IMG/VR virus record: IMGVR_UViG_3300046167_000825
Location: 124,001-188,000 of that record
Length of the DNA: 64,000 nt
Direction: 5' to 3' (one strand)
Shown here piece after piece: positions 58,359 to 64,000 of this stretch. Position 1 is the stretch's first letter; every line of letters begins with the position of its first letter. Both the position numbers and the translations under genes were made by a program. Under the pieces are notes generated by a model. It worked only from the letters and a program-made list of their open reading frames with translations, did not search any database and was not told the DNA's origin.

Positions 58359-59879
58359 ATGCGTACAATTAAAAAGATAGCGATGAACCGACAGATGAAG
58401 TTTCAAATGATCAATGACTTTGCAAAGTCTGTTGGTGTGATGGACTTAAGTCAATATGGCGATACTGCTGTGGGTATTTACAATGATCTTGTGACGGCTA
58501 TGTACTCCGTGATGGATGTGAAGGTACTTGAAAAAGATGACCTTGAGCAGATGTTAAATCTCTATCTCGCTGGGATAAACCCTTCGTCTTACTGGTCTGA
58601 GGGTAAATTGAAGCAGAGCCTTAGTGATGATAATGTCGATAAAGCCCAAGCGTTCTTGTCGGCTTTCTCTGACCGATCCACGGCTGTGTGGGCTTCCTTG
58701 TGGGGGTCACGGGATGCGTCATCCATAAAGGACATCAAAACAACTTTCGCTCAAATGAAGACAAGTCTCCGACAAAGAGCCAGAGATGAAATCCGACAAG
58801 AAAATGCCCGCCAAGAGGGCATGGTTCAAATGGATAATAGTGGTGACGACAGTGATTCAGCACAAGCCTACCAAAACGCAATGGAGGGGGAAATCTCTCG
58901 TTCGGTCGGTGTTGGGCAGACTTTCAACTTGAACTCTTGGGATGAGATCCAAGCCGCTGGGAATCGGGATGAGAAAGTGGGGCAAGCAGTGGCAGACATT
59001 GAGGCACTATTCTCAAGCAATATTTCCCAGATTGCTTTGGCTGTAATGGATATTGCTTTTGTAGGGGATAGAAAAACAGATGCTTTTGAGAGAAAACTTT
59101 TTGAAATAGCGAACTCCGTTGGTGATTACTCCGTAAAGGTCACGACATTGTTTGGGGATATAAACATCGATCAGAATATCACTATCGGTCGCCCCGTAGC
59201 CTTGAAGTCTAAGAACTGGCTAACCAATCTCACAGCCCATCTCGTTGTGACAAGATATCCCGCACTACGCTATTTGGTAGTTCCAGACAAGAAGGTCAAG
59301 AATCTTCCCGAAGGTGATTTCCGTGACCTACTAGACGGGAAACACACTCGACCCTTTTCAAACGCTTCTATTTCTCTGCCACAACACTTGAGTATCTCTG
59401 CAAGGGATATTGCTAGAAACTCAGATGCTCAAACCATCGTTGGTCGGTTCGACCCTTCTTCTGCTGATATTGAGAGTAAAGATGGTGTGATAGCAATGAC
59501 AAACAAGTCTTTCATAAAACTCATGAAAGCCGCTAGAGAGTCTTTGAACCAAAAATGGGTTTCTGGGAAAAGGTTGAGAAACAAGCCTTTCTGGAAAAAA
59601 GGAATGGATTGTCTTGTTCGTCAAGTTCAGATTGACTTTGAAACAGACCCTACCACATGGCTTGATTATGTAGAACTCCCGAGTAGTGTTTCAGCCGAAA
59701 CAAAAAGGTTCGTAGAAAACTTCCGTTTTTTACTAATCCGTGCGTTGGTTGACCTTGATGAAGCACACGGTTGGTACGAACTACGCAATAAGAGATTCGC
59801 TAAAAAGAAAGAAGCCAAACAACATCGTCTGGCTTCCAAAGTCGCTTACAAATGGTTGCTGAAACAATCTAAAGCATAA
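58359..59879 (+). CDS. Hypothetical protein (possible virion-packaged factor)
   Basis: GGAG SD; N-terminal KKIA; C-terminal RFA/KEA and RLASKVAYKWL. Confidence 0.65.
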   Translation: MRTIKKIAMNRQMKFQMINDFAKSVGVMDLSQYGDTAVGIYNDLVTAMYSVMDVKVLEKDDLEQMLNLYLAGINPSSYWSEGKLKQSLSDDNVDKAQAFLSAFSDRSTAVWASLWGSRDASSIKDIKTTFAQMKTSLRQRARDEIRQENARQEGMVQMDNSGDDSDSAQAYQNAMEGEISRSVGVGQTFNLNSWDEIQAAGNRDEKVGQAVADIEALFSSNISQIALAVMDIAFVGDRKTDAFERKLFEIANSVGDYSVKVTTLFGDINIDQNITIGRPVALKSKNWLTNLTAHLVVTRYPALRYLVVPDKKVKNLPEGDFRDLLDGKHTRPFSNASISLPQHLSISARDIARNSDAQTIVGRFDPSSADIESKDGVIAMTNKSFIKLMKAARESLNQKWVSGKRLRNKPFWKKGMDCLVRQVQIDFETDPTTWLDYVELPSSVSAETKRFVENFRFLLIRALVDLDEAHGWYELRNKRFAKKKEAKQHRLASKVAYKWLLKQSKA

Positions 59880-61044
59880 ACTGCTTGACCTTGACGGTCT
59901 GAATAGTTTTCTCTCTTCGGGGTAGATGTGCGTTGCACACTGCCCCTTTTCTTTTGCCTTGCACGAGGTATAGATAGCCCTCTCCACTCCGTCTAGGCTT
60001 CTTGGCTATAACTTCCATACCCACTTCAAGATTCGCTCTCAGAACCCACTTCTTGGCTTCACACGGCTGTCTTTCATATTGATAGGATTGAGTCCTAGTC
60101 ATGGATTGAGGGGCTTCTCTCAAAGAGTTGATTTGTTGGAGTGTTTCGGGTTCAACAAACAGTGTTTTTGTTCTTGTGAGATTTCGTTTTCTTTTCTTTG
60201 CTTGTTTGATTTGTTGCCTTGAATAGTTTGATGTTTCCTTGACGACTGTCTTGGGATTTTGGAGGCAAGTGAGGAGGTTGAGGTGCGTGAATAGAAAACG
60301 GTGACTGGTTTCTGTTTCTGTGAGAAACTTTTCCTCGAATACCACGTCCTCTTTGAACAACATAATTTTGCTCGCCCAAGCATACGCACTGTCTTGTGGG
60401 CGAGAGCCATCATATATGATTTTTCCGTTTCGGTCACAGAGGCAAAGGTGATATTCACAATAGACAAAGACACCTTCATTGAAGGTTAAGGCATGTCCTC
60501 TATGTAAGTTATTCAAGGCGATATTCGTCTTAACCCTCTGATTATGGATTTGTTGGAAACGCTTCGTTGAAGATAAAGGTGCTGCGAGGGTTTTACTGGT
60601 ATCCAGCCACATCAAAACTGATATCACCTCGTCTGAATGTCGTAGTGCATGGGGAGAGAAGGGTTTGAAAGCCACTGGGTGTTCTTTCAAGTCGAACCGA
60701 TAGGGAAACACTTCCACCCCACCTTGTTTCTTTCGGTACTCCAAGCCGTTCGTTTGCAAACTTTCTAGGAGAGTGGGTTCGATGTCATACAAGACAGAAG
60801 ACTCAATCTTCCAGTGATTAAACAGCACACTAGCGTGATACTGGTAAAGCATTTCAGAGAACCTTATCCCCTCTTGTCTGAACTTGGGTAGATTGTCAAG
60901 CCATAGTGGATAAGGAATCCCAGATTGAACAACCTTCGCCAACGTGTCCATAAAACCGTTTGACTTGTAATAACCTACGAGGGACTTTTTGAAGAAGTCT
61001 TTGAGGTGGGCGATTTGATTGGTGGTTGATAGGGCTAGTTTCAT
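59869..61044 (-). CDS. Hypothetical protein with a basic C-terminus
   Basis: AAGGAG SD; own promoter motif. Confidence 0.65.
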   Translation of the reverse strand: MKLALSTTNQIAHLKDFFKKSLVGYYKSNGFMDTLAKVVQSGIPYPLWLDNLPKFRQEGIRFSEMLYQYHASVLFNHWKIESSVLYDIEPTLLESLQTNGLEYRKKQGGVEVFPYRFDLKEHPVAFKPFSPHALRHSDEVISVLMWLDTSKTLAAPLSSTKRFQQIHNQRVKTNIALNNLHRGHALTFNEGVFVYCEYHLCLCDRNGKIIYDGSRPQDSAYAWASKIMLFKEDVVFEEKFLTETETSHRFLFTHLNLLTCLQNPKTVVKETSNYSRQQIKQAKKRKRNLTRTKTLFVEPETLQQINSLREAPQSMTRTQSYQYERQPCEAKKWVLRANLEVGMEVIAKKPRRSGEGYLYLVQGKRKGAVCNAHLPRREKTIQTVKVKQFML

Positions 61045-61067
61045 TTGTATGCTCCTTTGCTGAGAGG

Positions 61068-61098
61068 TATACGGAAAGCCCTCAAAAAAACAACCCGA
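61068..61098 (-). promoter_or_regulatory. Variant class-I promoter motif
   Basis: TCGGGTTG-N16-CCGTATA. Confidence 0.65.
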
Positions 61099-61159
61099 GT
61101 CAAGAATCTGATGTCACCTCAAAAAAGAGGGAGGGTTCTAATGAACCCCCCAGAGTGAC

Positions 61160-61384
61160 TTACTGAACTGCCCACCACCCATAGCCCTCGTTCTTCAAAG
61201 TGAGGATAGCGAACTCACCCACCTCGTTGAAGAAGTCCGTGTGCTTCTTGTCATAGCCCCCACGATACTTTCTCATAGCAATGAGATCGAGAGGACTGAT
61301 TTGAATCTCCTCCTCTGTCGGTTTGCGACCGTAATAGGTCACTTCCATTTCGTTACACATGTCTTGATCGATATAAATACGCAT
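61160..61384 (-). CDS. Small hypothetical protein
   Basis: AAGGAG SD before MRIYID. Confidence 0.55.
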   Translation of the reverse strand: MRIYIDQDMCNEMEVTYYGRKPTEEEIQISPLDLIAMRKYRGGYDKKHTDFFNEVGEFAILTLKNEGYGWWAVQ

Positions 61385-61403
61385 TGTCATTCTCCTTGAT
61401 TGT

Positions 61404-61877
61404 TTATTTTTTCCAGCAGAGAGCAGAACAGCACTCTTTGCCTTTTTTGGTGATAAAGTTCCTTGCCCCACAAGACTTACAGAAGGTAGGGTTTGTGTGA
61501 GCAGTACGGGCTTCTCCGTAAGCCGAACGCATACGCTCTAGCATACGGTCTGGGATGGCTTGAACGCCTCCCACACGATTGATACGCTTGCGTTTGATAA
61601 TGCCTCGTGTTGAACCGTCAGCGAACTTGCGAACGCCACAAACCCGAATGGCATCCTCTCCGACAATTCTCATTTCATTGGAGCGAATATCAATGGATGT
61701 GTAAACCAAAACACGAACATCTGAGTTCGGGATGGCACGAGAAAACACCCTCTCTTTGCAGAGGGGTTGATGTTGTGCTGTTTCGTCAGTGAAACCAGCA
61801 GTTTTGAGTTTGTGGAGCAACGAACCAGCGAGAGTGGAACGGTGGTGTTGATCACGAGGATTGTATTTGATAGGCAT
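61404..61877 (-). CDS. Phage hypothetical protein with a C-terminal Zn ribbon
   Basis: VYTSI...R.VGEDAIRV...RINRVG; CKSCGA...CSALCW; GGAGG SD. Confidence 0.7.
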   Translation of the reverse strand: MPIKYNPRDQHHRSTLAGSLLHKLKTAGFTDETAQHQPLCKERVFSRAIPNSDVRVLVYTSIDIRSNEMRIVGEDAIRVCGVRKFADGSTRGIIKRKRINRVGGVQAIPDRMLERMRSAYGEARTAHTNPTFCKSCGARNFITKKGKECCSALCWKK

Positions 61878-61907
61878 ATGCCCTCCCAAGTTATTGATTG
61901 TGGGAGG

Positions 61908-61938
61908 TATACGGGTCTATTCTAAAAACACAACCGCA
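61908..61938 (-). promoter_or_regulatory. Class-I phage promoter motif
   Basis: TGCGGTTG-N16-CCGTATA. Confidence 0.8.
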
Positions 61939-61939
61939 G

Positions 61940-62281
61940 TTATGAGTTGTTGTCCAAGTAAGAGAGGGGCTTACGAGAACCACCTACAACTAAAATGGGA
62001 TCGATATCCCCGTCAATCACGGCATCTGGAATGAAGATCCCTAGTTTGGATTCATCTGACATAACTGCGATGCCTTTGCGTTCAGAACCATGCACATCCA
62101 AAGATACAGATTCTGTGAAAATGAAGTACTGATATGTGTCTTCTAGGGCTTTTTTCATGACCTTGTACGCACCACCTAATGCTGCATGGCTGTTTTGATA
62201 CTGTTCTATGACTTGGTGGACTTCACCCGTTTCACGAGTAAACAACCAAGTGGTGGTGTTTAAATTAATTCGATTATCCAT
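61940..62281 (-). CDS. Hypothetical protein
   Basis: Overlaps the thyX stop; clean ORF. Confidence 0.55.
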   Translation of the reverse strand: MDNRINLNTTTWLFTRETGEVHQVIEQYQNSHAALGGAYKVMKKALEDTYQYFIFTESVSLDVHGSERKGIAVMSDESKLGIFIPDAVIDGDIDPILVVGGSRKPLSYLDNNS

Positions 62282-62936
62282 TTGAGATTCCTAATTTGAG
62301 AGAGGTAGGGAAAAGAGGGGCTACAAGTTGCCGAATGGCTACGGCATACTCTTGTATCTCCTTTTGAGCGTGAGAATCCTCACGCAAAACTAAAAAGTGC
62401 ATCAAGGCTTGGAGCGAACATGTCCAATAACATTCAGTGTAAAGAGATAAGGGTAACACACAGCGTGCTTGCTCTCTGCACACCCCTTTACTCAACAAAG
62501 CACGATAAGAAGAGATGGCATTTAAGCAAGCCTCCTCAAAGATAGACTGGGCTTCCAACTCTTGAGCGAGTCCCAGTTCTCCAAACGACCCTTGTTTATT
62601 ATCCTTACTTTGTTTTCGGAAGAACTCTGGTTGATGATAATCCCCATCGAACTCAATATATCTTAAACTAGCCTCATTCCAAGAACACCCAATTTGATGT
62701 TTCATCCATTGGCGAAGCACAAAGATCGGTGCTTTGATGTGTATCTGAACTGTAGCGTGTCGGAAAGGCGAACTGTGTTTATGTTCCCAAAGGTATTTGA
62801 TGAGTTTTTCATCACGAGGTCTAAGTTCCTCTGTTCGTTTCCCGAAAGAAACCCTTGCCGAGTTCACAACAGATATGTCACTACCCATGTGGTCAACAAG
62901 TGACACGAATCCTTTATCCAAAACAGTTATTTGCAT
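62274..62936 (-). CDS. thyX: Flavin-dependent thymidylate synthase
   Basis: VLDKGFV.LVDHMGSD..VVNSARVSF, HSSPF, PIFV.RQW.KH...SWNE.S.RY, REQAR.VLP, HAQKEI. Confidence 0.93.
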   Translation of the reverse strand: MQITVLDKGFVSLVDHMGSDISVVNSARVSFGKRTEELRPRDEKLIKYLWEHKHSSPFRHATVQIHIKAPIFVLRQWMKHQIGCSWNEASLRYIEFDGDYHQPEFFRKQSKDNKQGSFGELGLAQELEAQSIFEEACLNAISSYRALLSKGVCREQARCVLPLSLYTECYWTCSLQALMHFLVLREDSHAQKEIQEYAVAIRQLVAPLFPTSLKLGISNG

Positions 62937-62972
62937 GATTCTCTCCATCTTACAGAAAGAATACCCAAAAAC

Positions 62973-63281
62973 TTATTTCTTTGGGAAAGTTTTCATCGGG
63001 TCAAGGCTAGGGAGTTCGGTTGCTCTGATTGTTGGGATAGTGATAAGCCCGATCTCAACTCCTTCCCACCTCTCTGGTGTGAAAACCAAGTCTTTCAAAT
63101 TATCGGGGGATAACTTCAAGATATGATGGTCACCACCCCAGTGAACATAAGACTCTTGAACTGTTGCACCACCACATGCACCACAAGAACACCAACGACA
63201 GACATCCTCTAACTTGAAGATATCAAAACATTTACGACAGAATATTAACAGCATTGCAGCCTCCAAAACAGTTGGTAGCAT
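62973..63281 (-). CDS. Cys-rich hypothetical protein
   Basis: LIFCRKCFDIFKL...CSCG..GG; the start may be internal. Confidence 0.5.
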   Translation of the reverse strand: MLPTVLEAAMLLIFCRKCFDIFKLEDVCRWCSCGACGGATVQESYVHWGGDHHILKLSPDNLKDLVFTPERWEGVEIGLITIPTIRATELPSLDPMKTFPKK

Positions 63282-63377
63282 ACAATCTCATAGGGATACA
63301 CTTATTGGATTCTGAAATAGAGTCCTTATTGCAATACTCAATAAATAATCTCCTTCTATATGTAGGAGGAAAACCAA

Positions 63378-63734
63378 ATGTCTGATGAATTGCCCGATGG
63401 ATTAACGAACTTAATCTCACAGAATATGGAGAGGATGTTGGAATGGGAAATCCTCCTCAGTAAAACCCTCGACAACGGCAGTGTCTTGTCTATCCGAAAA
63501 GGGGACTTCATCGAAAAAGAATGGTGGGCTGTTTTTGTGGAAGCCCATGTCGACAATGAAGACCATCTCAAAGATATCCCCCCACAAGATGAATGGGGTG
63601 AGTTTGCACTGATGTCTTTCCAAATCGGTGATCGGGGAATGGTCTTATGGGTTTTTAGTTCAATCAATGAGTTGACCCTTGAACTGACGAGACTCTTTGG
63701 GATGTTCACAGCGAAAACAACCACCGAAATCTAA
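63378..63734 (+). CDS. Hypothetical protein
   Basis: AGGAGG SD. Confidence 0.6.
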   Translation: MSDELPDGLTNLISQNMERMLEWEILLSKTLDNGSVLSIRKGDFIEKEWWAVFVEAHVDNEDHLKDIPPQDEWGEFALMSFQIGDRGMVLWVFSSINELTLELTRLFGMFTAKTTTEI

Positions 63735-64000
63735 AAAAGATTCAAAAAAGTTGGCGTGTCAAGATAAAAGAGTGTATCTTTATTTTTGAGTCATTTCGCA
63801 CGATTTTTTCAGAGACCAATCACTTTGTGGTGTGGTTTCTTATGCTGTTTTTTGGGGGTTTTTATGGTCGCTGTTGCTGGTGAGGTTTTATATACAAAGC
63901 AAAAACATGGTTCTTTACCGATAAAGATATTGGATTCGGGGTTTCTCTTGGGTGAGAAAAAGTACGATACAGAGAAAAGATTATTTGAAGAACTGTACGG

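Noticed and set aside
19144-61938. Repeated 31-bp element read as a CRISPR array or attC sites
   Set aside because: Copies are separated by whole genes, have a variable 16-bp centre, always point into a start codon and are not palindromic; no cas or integrase gene is seen
1-64000. Stop-codon reassignment
   Set aside because: Long ORFs are intact under the standard code, and TAA, TAG and TGA all end genes at plausible positions

Overview
This window is a 64-kb internal segment of a large tailed (myovirus-like, probably jumbo) phage genome of roughly 44% GC (estimated by eye). From 1 to 15.2 kb it carries a co-oriented block of tail/baseplate structural genes, including two large paralogues. 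From 15 to 25 kb it holds membrane/holin-like genes, a DNA methyltransferase, a Nudix hydrolase and a 1465-aa fibre with a C-terminal autocleaving chaperone. From about 25 to 43.6 kb lies an early/host-takeover region of mostly small genes; many sit behind their own copy of a 31-bp promoter-like element (TGCGGTTG-N16-CCGTATA, 22 copies counted in the window). That region includes a sigma factor, a WGR protein, a MoxR/CobS-type AAA ATPase with a split HExxH/vWA partner, and a GHKL ATPase-metalloprotease. From 43.8 to 64 kb there is a second methyltransferase, a C39 peptidase, a GroEL-like chaperonin, a PLD-family nuclease, ThyX, a second sigma-like protein and several modular hypothetical proteins. 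The strongest unexplained signals are: (1) unrelated late-motif proteins sharing a portable helical tag (LIRLAHxNPELRKDLxPLL), an RVAxR[YFW]-like tag and K/R-x-A boundaries, suggesting a capsid-cargo addressing and processing code; (2) a ~175-nt multibranched candidate ncRNA; (3) near-absence of CAGG/CCTG, CCGG, AGCT and GCGC; (4) several strand-composition switch points with phased TGCAG arrays, one beside a protein made only of recombinase-type HTH repeats. All family calls come from motif recognition by eye; no searches were run.
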